Shown piece after piece: positions 1-10,662 of a DNA stretch of 64,000 nucleotides; positions within the stretch are counted from its first letter, which is position 1, and the number at the start of each line of letters is the position of its first letter. The stretch is taken from the NCBI GenBank assembly GCA_905178155.1, contig CAJINV010000007.1, forward strand, positions 606,358 to 670,357. The letters are read 5' to 3'. Below the pieces are notes generated by a model that saw only the letters and a program-made list of their open reading frames with translations, was not told where the DNA came from and ran no database searches. Source of the stretch: Amoebophrya sp. A120 (taxonomy: Eukaryota; Protista; Dinoflagellata). The translations under genes were made by a program, and so were the position numbers.

Positions 1-631
1 CGCGCGGGTGGGTTGCTGGGCCAGGGTCTTGGGCCGTGGAGGAGGTTTTTCCTGCCTGATGCTGCCGCAGCTATTCGGGGGCAATCTCTGCATGCGCGAC
101 ATGTCTTTTTTCGTGTCAGCTGAGCGCCGCGGGTTCATGGACAAAACGCCCAAGCCGCCGCTATCCAATAAAAATCTTGATGTTGGGGCAGAAGTGATGG
201 AGTTTCATCTCTTGTGAAGACGAGTACAGAGACAGAGTAGCTCTGCATACACAAGAATAAAAAGGCCAAACACGCTGCTTTAAGCTGCAGCGTGGGCTGC
301 TTAGTACTAAATTTATGCAATGTAGTTCCGCATCGTTTTGCTTCGGTTCTTCTCCTTTCGGTACACTAAACTACAACCGAATCCGACGGTGTCACTGATT
401 TCCATCTCACGCACACTGCAAATGGTAAAACTGTTGCTGTTCTTCTGCAGACTCCAACTGAACTGTTTTTACACCTTTCACGAGGACAGCTAACTTCATT
501 CGCTCCACCACGACAAAGTAGATTTTTCCTTTCCATACCCTCCAGGCAAGGAGTATGACCGCGGCGGTGGGATTGCACTACAGCGGGCTATCATTGAGTG
601 GGACAACTACATCTTCGACACGGGAGTAAGC

Positions 632-3600
632 ATGCTGCAGAATGTGTACTACTCCGCCAAAGACGTTGCCGTTGGGGCTTTGATGCCTGGATCTTCTGCA
701 AATCAAGACGACGAAGCGGCGGGTGCTGCAACTTCAAAGTTGGCGCGCAAGCACCCGGAGAAGCGGAAGAAGTGGGCTGCGGTGACCCGGGTTGGGAACA
801 CCGATGGTGATGACAGCAAGAGCAACCCGGCGGACATGATCCCGCAAGACGCCGAGTTTTTGAATGAAGAGGGGACGACGAATGAAGCGGGTCGTGATTC
901 GAAACCGCGGAACTCTGACGACTCTACGTCAAGCCTTCAGAGGCATCTTCACTCAGCGTCCAGCTCCGCGCTGGAGAAGAAAAGCAAGGAGTTCTTGGCG
1001 GAGGAACAACAAGGTGCGAACGATGCTCGCGTCCGTGACAACGCTGATTCTGCTGGGCAAAATAATGCTGGGAAAAATGACGAACCTGAGTCCAAAGACC
1101 ATGATTACGATTCTTCGTGGGCTGGCAAAGTGTCGAGTTTCTTCCAAGCGGCCAGCGACGCGGTAATTGGAAGCTTTTTCCAGGTGGGAACCGCGAAAAC
1201 TACTGCGGAAAGTAGCGGCGACAAAAATCTTCACCAGAGCAAGGAGCGAGATCAGCAGCTGCTCCCGCAGCAGTCCTTTCTCGAAGAAACACTGCCACCC
1301 ACGAACAACATTGGCGTAATATCGACGCCGGCTCCGCAGTTTTCTCCGATTGGTTCGCCTTTGTTGGTGCCCGCAGGAGAAGGCACAACACCGTGGGAAC
1401 CTGCCTCTCCGGAGACTGCTTCGGGGGGGTTTCTCGAGCAGGTTTCGAGCGTGTTGCAGGCGGGGACTGATGCGGTTGGAAGTTTGTTTCAGAGAACCAG
1501 TGCGGTAGTGGGGCTTTCACCGGGTGATCATCAGCATGCACAGGTGGAGCAGGAGGCCGAGCTCTCTGTGAAGACGACCAGCACGACAGAAACGTCGCCT
1601 CATCCGCCGGCGCCGCGTGCGGAGGGTTGTCCGTCAGACGATCAAACTGTGGCATCAAGTGTATCGCACAGAAAAAAGCTAGCACTTCTCAACAGTGGTA
1701 AAAACGCATGATGCGTAATATCGAAATGCAGTTGCAATTGCACGCGAAAGACAATAAATACAATAGTTCAAAAAGATTGTGTTTGTGACGCGCACGGCCG
1801 TCGCATGACACTCTGCAAGACTGGTTTTTGTTCAGCACGGCTTGTCTCTTTTCTACTGAAGTTGAGATGCTAGTAGTTATATTCTGTACGATAAAACCAA
1901 AACGAAGCCGTGTTGACGACAGCCACAACGGAAACGTCGCCGCACCCGCCGGCACCACCTGCGGGAAGTTTCACAGAGCTGCGAAAGGACCGCGCGAAAC
2001 CAAGTTTGGATCCCAGTAAGAACGAGAATGCCAACGCGGACCAGGAGCTACGGACGTACAAACGCCACATGGGTGCTGCTATCGAGAAGGTGAAGGGGAT
2101 GGATCGAGCGCGGCGCAAACTGCAACGAAAATTGGAGTACCCAGAACTACGTGAGTTTGTCCAGTTGCGGGAAAGCAGGGCGAATAAAGAACAAGAAGCA
2201 GAGCGTGCAAATAAAGCAGGCTCTGAGACGAGCGGAGAGCGAGGACCAAGTGATCATGCAGAACCAGCAGCAGCGGGAAACGCAAATCTGACTCGTCTTC
2301 AGGTGGAGATGTGCAAACTCGGGCCCAGCGTTGCCGGGCTGGTTCCCATCGAGCATTTTTTTGTCACGTTTTACAAAGAAAATTCACCGGTTGATGTTGG
2401 TGCCCAAGCCGCCAAGGGCCATACCCGTATCGTGGTTGCGGAGTATGAGGGAAGCGGTTTGGATATCGCCACCCTGGACCAGCTTGACCACGAGCAGGCG
2501 GATTCGAGTATTTCCATCTACCAGGGCAAAAGGCGGAAGTACAGCAGCATCAACAATCCGGGGTTCTTTGGCATTGAAACGTGGACGGACGACTTGGACG
2601 CCTATAAGGAAAAACCTGAAGAGAAGAAGAAAAAGGCAAAGTCCCTTATTTGTTTGGGCATGGTCCCTGACAGCACCCCCCAAGCCGCATTGATACAACG
2701 ACAAGGTCTGGGTGATGAAATTCCTTATGATGTGGGCACCTCGGGTCCGAAACAAAACGAGTTCAGGTTATACTCATTCGATGATCCTGTTGAGATTAAG
2801 GACCTGGTTGGGCTTGTGGGTCAGACGATGGGGTATGGGTGGAATGAAGATTACTCACTCAAGGGATCGCAACTGTCAACACTTTGTAAATGCGATTGTG
2901 AATCTTTTTTCTCCGCGACGGTACAACATATCTGTGCAGACACGAGCCCTGTCAAACACGGTACTAAATATCGTAGTGCCAGATCATGTGGTACCTGCGG
3001 AAAGGGTAGACACTGACGGATTGAGAAACCAGCTGAAAAAGAATTTGCTCCATCTGCTGGAGACTCTCCGTGATACAGTTACAGTTCAGGAAAAACATTC
3101 GCAAGGTGGGAGTACCAGTGGAATGCCTGCAAAAAGCAAAGTTCCACTGCACAAGCTTTGGAAGGACGAAGAAATGCGCAAGTTTGATCAGCTGCTTGAA
3201 GAAAATAAGCTCTCATATGAAAAAGGGGAGAAGATGGAACACGAACGAGAAGCGATCTCCGTAGTGGCTGATCCGCAGTTGATGACTCTGTTCGGTAAAA
3301 TAGTCACAGAATCAGAAAAGTCACTCCTTGCGCAGGAACACACAGAAGCATCAGACCACGCTCCAGTCGACGAGGACAAGAAGAAGCTGGGTGTTTATGC
3401 TCACGCGATGGACACAATCTGTCGGGCTTCAAGTGACATGGTGCGGGATCGTTTGAAATTCGCACCAGATCCGAGCGCAATAAAAGTGCAGCGCCGCTAT
3501 GCGTGCGAACTTTCCCGGGCTATGCGGACGGCAATTGAATCGGACACGGCCGAAAGCAGATTGGAAAGATTTGCCGCTGATGACAAAGCAAGGGAGAAAA

Positions 3601-3884
3601 CTGCGACACTTGACAGAACATGGACTCCGTGGCTCCTCGATCCTTTCCCTTCGTCTCCTCGATCCTATGACAGCTGGACCCCTTCCCCTTCGTCGGACGG
3701 GAGCGCATCAAAAAAATGCAGCCGCAGATGGATGTCAGAAGTAGATTACTATTATTTTTTTGATTTTTTGTCCTATTTAATAGGAGAAAAAGGAGACGGG
3801 CGTGAGCGCTATTTCCTGTGGGAGCGCTGCGAAGTGCGGAAGTGGTACATCGTCAGCGGATATGGATACAAGTGGCTGGCCTAA
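632..3884 (+). CDS. Putative PPPDE/LRAT-like permuted papain-fold (NlpC/P60) peptidase-domain protein with low-complexity N-terminus; one introner and one apparent +1 frameshift
   Basis: ORF 632 joins ORF 1910 in frame after removing 1662-1898. A His motif (IEHFFVTF) lies in ORF 1910. Removing one G from aaggg at ~2861-2865 gives YSLKDRNCQHFVNAI and continues into ORF 2712-3884. Family assignment is from motif recognition only. Confidence 0.5.
1662..1893. mobile_element. Degenerate introner (family J)
   Basis: Imperfect TIR tatcgcacagaa..ctagca..tctcaac / gttgagatgctag..ttctgtacgata, internal gcatgaca. The TSD has diverged (aagtg/aaacc), but removing the element plus 5 nt restores frame. Confidence 0.7.
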
Positions 3885-4471
3885 GTGAAAATGACGGATG
3901 TATTTTGATCAATACAATTCTATTGTTCGGGCACTTGTTCAGCTACTGACTCAGTTTTCACTTACCGCGTGATTTCACTAGTAGTGCTGGGAGGAGCCGA
4001 ATCATCCTGCGTGATTCTAGTATTGTTTGTTCTGGTATTCGTTTCCGTGCTTCACATTGATTGTGCTGATGTGGTGTTGATTGTTTTTTGTCGAGAGGAC
4101 TACATTTTATTTGAAGCTGTTATTTAAGGAAGACAGGCGATCTTCATCTTCTACGGAAAGGTCGCCGTCTTGTCCTAAATTAGATTTGGAAATGTAACGT
4201 CGGATTCGCGCACACGCACCTTCTGTTGCTTTGATTGTTCGTGTGCCTTCGTTTTGCAAGAGCAAGTAGCAGATAAATTCATTGGTGTTGAAGAACATGC
4301 AAGATATTCTTCAGCTTTTGCGAAGATGGCTTTTTCTGTAGTTCTGTTTCTTCCATCAAGGCGAACGTTCAAATTGCAGTTTCAGTGAATCTTCGGTCTG
4401 GTCAATGCGCGTCTAGTACATCGCGAGGCGATGGTGGTCGTTCTCGTCCATTATCGTACATCTTGATCTTG

Positions 4472-4525
4472 GTTCATGTCTTCGTTCATGTCTTCGTTCA
4501 TGTCGTCGTTTATGTCTTCGTTCAT
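4472..4525. repeat. 12-bp tandem repeat (gttcatgtcttc, about 4 copies)
   Basis: Read directly from the sequence. Confidence 0.8.
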
Positions 4526-4888
4526 CGTCGCAAATGCAGGAACAGTCGATACATCTTTAATTCAAAACTTGTACTGGATTTCTTCCTGGACACAAGTATC
4601 TATTCTTGGATCCAATTTGTTTTAATATGATCTGATGTCGGACGAGTCGCTCACGCTCGACCTCCGACCGTGTGTTGCTTTGCACCCCTAGTGTCTTACC
4701 GACAAAAGAGCCAACAGGCATGTAGCCGCTAAGACCCCGTCAATTAGTACCCGTTGTGGGAAATCTAATTAGATCTTCTACCGCTACTAGAAGGGTGACT
4801 GTGTTTATTGAACTTGAGTCTCGTGTAGTTGTGGAGCGCGAATGCCCCTAGCCGCAATTTACGTCAGAAAACGTCTCCGAGGTGCAAA

Positions 4889-7800
4889 ATGGCAGCAAAG
4901 TTATCTCCGGGGATAATTGCAATTCTGTCTTCGCTGGAGCTGGGGTCCTACCACACCAACAACAATTCGTATAGCCCAGCCCCAGCACGCCCCTGTACGA
5001 CAACGATTCTTGTGCAGGCCCTAAAAGCGGTCCGCCGGCAAACCAGGAGGACGCACAGCAAGAACCTCTCGCAAACTGGACGGAGCAGGCAACATGACAC
5101 TACTTCTCAGGCGGTACAAAATAAATCCAAGACCATTCTGGACACACGACCAGCACATTTTTCCCTGCTGGCTCGTAGCTCGCGCGAGGACAGCACTAGG
5201 AGTACACGAGGTGTTGAAGGGAACCACGACGAGCAACCGCTGTTACGGCGAGCGCGTAACCCGCCAGCACATGAAGATGCAACCGAAACCGTCTTGGGCA
5301 GAAACGAAATAGCAAACGACCTCAAGCCCACCTCCTTCTGTGCGGGCGGATCGTGCGAGGGCGGGATAATTGCGCCAGAAAAGCCCAAACAGCTCCATAC
5401 CTACGACGAGGCGCGGGGTTTGCTGTTAGACGGAGCAACAGGAAGGATCATCGGAAAGAAGAGAGAGGGGAGCAATCAGATCGTCGATGTGGTGAACAAG
5501 AACTCCATGGTCGTCATAGGCACGATTGACCCAGCATCCGGGAATATAATCAGCGCTGCTACTGGCGAGGTAATCGGGTCTAGAACCGGAACAATAGAAA
5601 CACTAGACAGCGCAGCGGTTTCTGTAGCTTCACGGAACGCTGGTGATGGGTTTCCGACCACAGGAAACGGAGCTGTACAGCCTCAGACACGTGCAGCCGG
5701 TGATAACAAGCGAAACGACCAAAATCTGCAACAGAGCGCAGAGAAGACGACGAAACTTTCCCAACCACTTACTACCACGACCACCAAACTGCCGTTAGTT
5801 TTGCCAGAAAGCGAGATGGGGTACGGCGCTACAGCGTATTCTTGGCTTCTAGGCCCGAACCCGACGGGACGCTCTGTTGTGCACCCAAGTGTGGATAGGA
5901 GATATCCAATCATGCGGGAAGACACGCTCTCCCTGCACGCTTGCCCCCTGGACGTGTGCGTCTTTTTCCGAGTAGTAGGGACTTCAATTACGCCTAGTAC
6001 CCCAGAGGCGAGCTTGAACAAGATGTCTACTGCTCAGGAAATAAAGAATTTAGCTGCAGCAGGACCATTCGGCTGGCTCGGGGCGGATCGCGAGCGGCAG
6101 CAAATGGAAGTGCTAGATGCGGCCAGCGATTTGGGCGATAAGACTGTGCAGGCAAAGGGATGTTGGTATTTGTCGAAGCGAGTAGAGGTGGGGAAGAGTA
6201 ATAAAGATTCTCAACCTGCTGGAAAACAAGACGATCCTGATGTTGCTATTGATCCAGCAAGAGCTGCTGCTGCGATCGATCCAGCAAGACAGAATCGTGA
6301 TCCAGCAACACAACGTGTTCTACAAGCCGACGAGTACTTTATCAAGCACTGGGACAGTGGGGCGTTTTTGGATTTTGCCGGTATAGAAGAAACACCACCA
6401 GCAACTGTAAATAGCGGCGGCGGAGAACAAGAAGTTTCATTAGCTGCTGCGGCTGTACAACGAGTTCCTGACTTCACCTTCCCAGACAGTCTCTCCGCGG
6501 GCTCCTTCACCTTTGTTCGACCGGACGGGAGGAGCGATTCAGGCAATACAGCCGGTACAGCACCAGCTATTACAAGTACAACATTGAAAGTCCGGCCAAT
6601 CAACTTGCGTAAGGATGGGGCCGCTGGCAGCAATTACAGTATCCGCGACCGATTCGGAAATGCCGCTTGCTACCCGAGAGTGGAAACTTGGTCGATGACG
6701 AGTTCTTTATTGAGCACGACAAATAACTATGACATAACGGACGACCAGGTCCAGGAGCAACAGGAAGCAATAGCAAACGGGAATAATAGAAACGAAAACC
6801 CAAGCGCAAACCCCGCCGCAGCTTTAGCCCAGCAAATAGTCAACATGTACGCGCAGTTCAAGGGCGTTAGCTGCTTAGCCGGCGTCCCGTTTTACCTGAT
6901 GTCCCACCGGTCGCACGCGTTGATAGTCGACAAAGATGCCATGGGAGGGGAGGTCAATGAAGTCGCCCTTGACCCGAAGAAGCATCGGAAACCGGCGAAG
7001 GGGAAGTTTGTTTTCCTAAACGCCGGGCCGGACCTGGCTGGAGGGGACGACTCCGTTCAAAAAATGAAGAATCAAAATGCGAATCGGTACAGCCTGAAAG
7101 CCGTTGTCGCCGACGCGTACCTTCAGATCAAGAAAAACGACCTGAAACAAGTTCACTGGTCCGGCAGTGAAGAGGAAAATGAGAAAATTTACGGCTCTCC
7201 CGGTCTCTTCCATCCCCCCGACACTTTTTACCCGGACGGCCTCACCTGGGAGATTGTTGGCCGCGGCGCGCGGGGAATGGCTAGTAAGGTCTGTATCAAA
7301 GCGACGTTTGCGAATGATTTTCACGGCGAAGGCGGGGGGAAAAAGGCCGTGTATCTACAAGATTTCGTGCACGGGGGGGACAACGAAGGGCCGCGGAATA
7401 ATTGGCACACATCGGACGCTTTCGTCAACTACTGTGGCAGTTGGGAGGAATGGAGCTTAGTGCCGGTTGAAGACGATGATGGCAACATCAAGGACGGCAC
7501 AGAGGGTACCAGTACAGGGAACAACAGGAAGATCTGTCAGGAACTGGAGTTAACCACGACGACTACAACAACCACGACCACGACGGTTTTCTCTGGGACT
7601 GCCGTGCCGCAGGAAACTGGGAGTGTAGCAGTTGTAGTTGCAGCTGGTCGTGCCAATAGTAGCAATTCTAGCATTATGTCATGGTCCACATCTGACCGCG
7701 TCGACCTCGAAACAACTGGTAGGAACCCTGGAAGAACATCTAATTCATCATCTTCAGCTCAGTCTATCGCCTCCAGCTCTGATAGAGTAATTGGCGACCT

Positions 7801-9265
7801 GCAACGAGGCAGGAGTGATCGTACCGTGGGGGTGGAATCGTCTTCGCAACAAGGAGAAGTTTCAGACACAGGAAACGCCAACACGACAGTAAAAGCACGA
7901 CTCGTGCCCCCTTGCAAGGAACTCGTCAACGGTACGGTACGAAACGGAAAGAACTTGAATACCACTACAAACGCGTGCCACTACAACTCGACGAACAAAA
8001 CAGATCCACCACAGCAAGAAACCCGAGGCGACCGGCAAAAAGCCACCCTGTTCGGCCTCCCTCTCCCTTTCCCCATTGTCGTGCTGGTGATTATCTTTAT
8101 CGGACTCTGCTGCGCTTTTTTCACGATCACCTGCTGGCTTTGCGGGAGCTCCAGTTGTTGCTCTTGGGGAAAGAAAAAAGCCGAAGAAGAAGCACTGGAT
8201 GCGATCCTAGCTCCTTTGGAAAAGAAGTACAATAACCGGAGGAGCCAGAGTGGCCGGGATTTGTCAGCAAAGAGCAAGAAGCCAAAAAGAAAAAAAACCC
8301 TACCGCCTGGCGGCGCAGGTCTAGCAGGAGGGGATCAACATCCTCGTACTATCGGCGGTACTGGCACTGCATCTGATACTTCTAACACAGCTGGCGGCGG
8401 TGCGAGTGACAGATCGTCCAAAAGTAGTACGTTGGCCGCGTCCGATAGACCGCCGTCGACTTTCATTGGGGCGAGGACACCATCACCGGCTCTTGACTCC
8501 GAACAAATTTTTGGACAAACTGCAACACTTCCAGGAACAACGACAACAGCGAAGACGAAAAAGAAAAAAAGCACTAGCAAAGAATCTACTTCTACGCCGT
8601 CCGTGGCCATTGTAAGTTTCGGAGACCAAAGTAATAAAACTTCATCAACAGCTGGAAATGGAGATGTTGGAAGCAAGTCGATAATAATCGGCGGGACCGT
8701 GTCTTCTAATAACTCCAACGATCAGATGAAGTTTTACCCGTCGCAAGTAGCAGTCAATAATTCTGCCGAGACCAGTGGAAGTAGTGCGACGATAGTTACG
8801 AAGGCGTGCAACGAGAGCCATAGCGGAACTACAAGTGGGGGCAGTATTAAAAACGCCAACGATAAGGGAAGCAAAGAGCTGCAAGAACACCATCTCCAAA
8901 GCAGTTCGCTTTCTTCTGCAAGTTTCGATTACACGGAACAGCAGAAGCTTGCGATGCTCCAGGCCAACCAAATGCCAGGCTTAGCGGGAATCAGTAATGA
9001 GCTCGTGGAGTCCGCAAAATTTGGAGCAGAAGATGCAGATCATGTTGATCATATAATTAGCGGTTCCCAGGTAGAAGAACAAGTGCGGACATCTACTTCC
9101 AGAGGGAGTTTGTTGTCTGGAGAACGTCGTGTAGGTGCAAATGTGCCGGACTTCGCTAGACAAGAAAAAGAAGAAGTTGTAGTAGTAGACCAGAAAAAGG
9201 AGGAGAAACTCAACATTGCAAGCTTCGGGGGCTCGGGGGACGCGAGTCGGGAGGAACATTTCTAG
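4889..9265 (+). CDS. Large hypothetical single-pass membrane protein, apparently intronless
   Basis: 1478-codon ORF, first ATG at 4889. Hydrophobic segment PFPIVVLVIIFIGLCCAFFTITCWLC is followed by a Cys cluster, basic residues and a Ser/Thr-rich tail. Confidence 0.75.
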   Translation: MAAKLSPGIIAILSSLELGSYHTNNNSYSPAPARPCTTTILVQALKAVRRQTRRTHSKNLSQTGRSRQHDTTSQAVQNKSKTILDTRPAHFSLLARSSREDSTRSTRGVEGNHDEQPLLRRARNPPAHEDATETVLGRNEIANDLKPTSFCAGGSCEGGIIAPEKPKQLHTYDEARGLLLDGATGRIIGKKREGSNQIVDVVNKNSMVVIGTIDPASGNIISAATGEVIGSRTGTIETLDSAAVSVASRNAGDGFPTTGNGAVQPQTRAAGDNKRNDQNLQQSAEKTTKLSQPLTTTTTKLPLVLPESEMGYGATAYSWLLGPNPTGRSVVHPSVDRRYPIMREDTLSLHACPLDVCVFFRVVGTSITPSTPEASLNKMSTAQEIKNLAAAGPFGWLGADRERQQMEVLDAASDLGDKTVQAKGCWYLSKRVEVGKSNKDSQPAGKQDDPDVAIDPARAAAAIDPARQNRDPATQRVLQADEYFIKHWDSGAFLDFAGIEETPPATVNSGGGEQEVSLAAAAVQRVPDFTFPDSLSAGSFTFVRPDGRSDSGNTAGTAPAITSTTLKVRPINLRKDGAAGSNYSIRDRFGNAACYPRVETWSMTSSLLSTTNNYDITDDQVQEQQEAIANGNNRNENPSANPAAALAQQIVNMYAQFKGVSCLAGVPFYLMSHRSHALIVDKDAMGGEVNEVALDPKKHRKPAKGKFVFLNAGPDLAGGDDSVQKMKNQNANRYSLKAVVADAYLQIKKNDLKQVHWSGSEEENEKIYGSPGLFHPPDTFYPDGLTWEIVGRGARGMASKVCIKATFANDFHGEGGGKKAVYLQDFVHGGDNEGPRNNWHTSDAFVNYCGSWEEWSLVPVEDDDGNIKDGTEGTSTGNNRKICQELELTTTTTTTTTTTVFSGTAVPQETGSVAVVVAAGRANSSNSSIMSWSTSDRVDLETTGRNPGRTSNSSSSAQSIASSSDRVIGDLQRGRSDRTVGVESSSQQGEVSDTGNANTTVKARLVPPCKELVNGTVRNGKNLNTTTNACHYNSTNKTDPPQQETRGDRQKATLFGLPLPFPIVVLVIIFIGLCCAFFTITCWLCGSSSCCSWGKKKAEEEALDAILAPLEKKYNNRRSQSGRDLSAKSKKPKRKKTLPPGGAGLAGGDQHPRTIGGTGTASDTSNTAGGGASDRSSKSSTLAASDRPPSTFIGARTPSPALDSEQIFGQTATLPGTTTTAKTKKKKSTSKESTSTPSVAIVSFGDQSNKTSSTAGNGDVGSKSIIIGGTVSSNNSNDQMKFYPSQVAVNNSAETSGSSATIVTKACNESHSGTTSGGSIKNANDKGSKELQEHHLQSSSLSSASFDYTEQQKLAMLQANQMPGLAGISNELVESAKFGAEDADHVDHIISGSQVEEQVRTSTSRGSLLSGERRVGANVPDFARQEKEEVVVVDQKKEEKLNIASFGGSGDASREEHF

Positions 9266-10662
9266 CTGGTGTTAAAACGTCCCCGCATTCGGGATTTCCA
9301 CTCCATTTTCAGATCGTAATATCAGTCCCATAATAAATTCCAAAACATGAAGATGAAGCGAATTCGATCCAATCCCGTACTACTGTACACGTACAGGAAG
9401 TGTGCTAAATAAAAAGGCCAGGCTCATCGATCCGAATATAGCTGGATGAATTGCGGAAAGAGTGCCAGCGTATTCGCCTTCGATTTTAGGATTGCACTTT
9501 CTGGCGACGTCGGCGAGTTGATGCTTAGCACGTGTTCGGCCGCATAAGTTCATCTTTCCAGTGATCTGAAGAAGTAGTAATAGATCCTTCTTGATGTCGT
9601 GTGTCTCTTTCAAATACCGAAACAACAAGCAAAAAGATTTTCCGGGTCCTGATCCTTTTCTTTTCATGTGGGTCTTTGAAGCTTTGGAACCAGCATTCGG
9701 TAGTGAGATGATCCGATCAAGAGGGAAGCACTTTACGTTTATTTGTATGTTAATCAATGATCCAGCTTCACCTCCTGCGCTTTGACGATCCAGATCATTT
9801 ATTCATCTTCAGAAAGATTGAGAATGACATCTGTTGGTCGTGTGCTGGTAACGTCGAAAAAACAAAGTGCCACTCCCGTATTCGCAACATCCCGACCGCT
9901 AAAGAGTGTACAGCCCGTGTTGTTGGGCCTCTTTCCACCGAGGTGCAAGAAGAATTTTGATTCGCTTGAATTCTTTCTATGCACGAACTTCGAGTATTTT
10001 CTCGATACTCCTTGTCGATTCGACACTCCATGCCGATGAATTTTCGAACCCAAAATTGTAGGAACGAAGTGTGAAGATGCTGAGCGCTGACTTTTCGACA
10101 AGAGTTTGAATAGAGCAGCAATATCACCTCGAAAATTTCGAATGTGTGACTTGTATGAACCTTTGATATGTCATCCGTTCGTTGTAATCGTTATCGTGTT
10201 GATTCGTAATTTGATACTCGGAATTTTCTAATATACCAATCTTTGTAAGTATAACTTGTAAAGGTATTGAAGCGGTACTCACATGGATTCACGATATACG
10301 AAAACTCTATAAAGACGACTTTTCCGCTGAAAACAAGATCGCAAAATGATACTTAACAATGTCCGCTCTTGTATGATTTTGAACTATATGATTGTTTCGC
10401 GACAGTATTTCGTTCCGGTTTGACTTTGACTTTTATGGAGCGAGAACCGCACGAAGTGACAGGAACTTCATCTTCCGCTCTGTGCTGGTTGCTTTTATTC
10501 CAACTGTGAACGAGAAGAAACCAACCGTGTATTCTTGTTCGACGCGCAGGAGTAGAACTACTTGGTTCACGCCACAACCACCTAACCGCCTTCCTGTACA
10601 ACTGCCAGCCTGTCGCAGCAGGAGCCAAGTTCGTCTTCACACGACCAACGACCTCAAAGATA

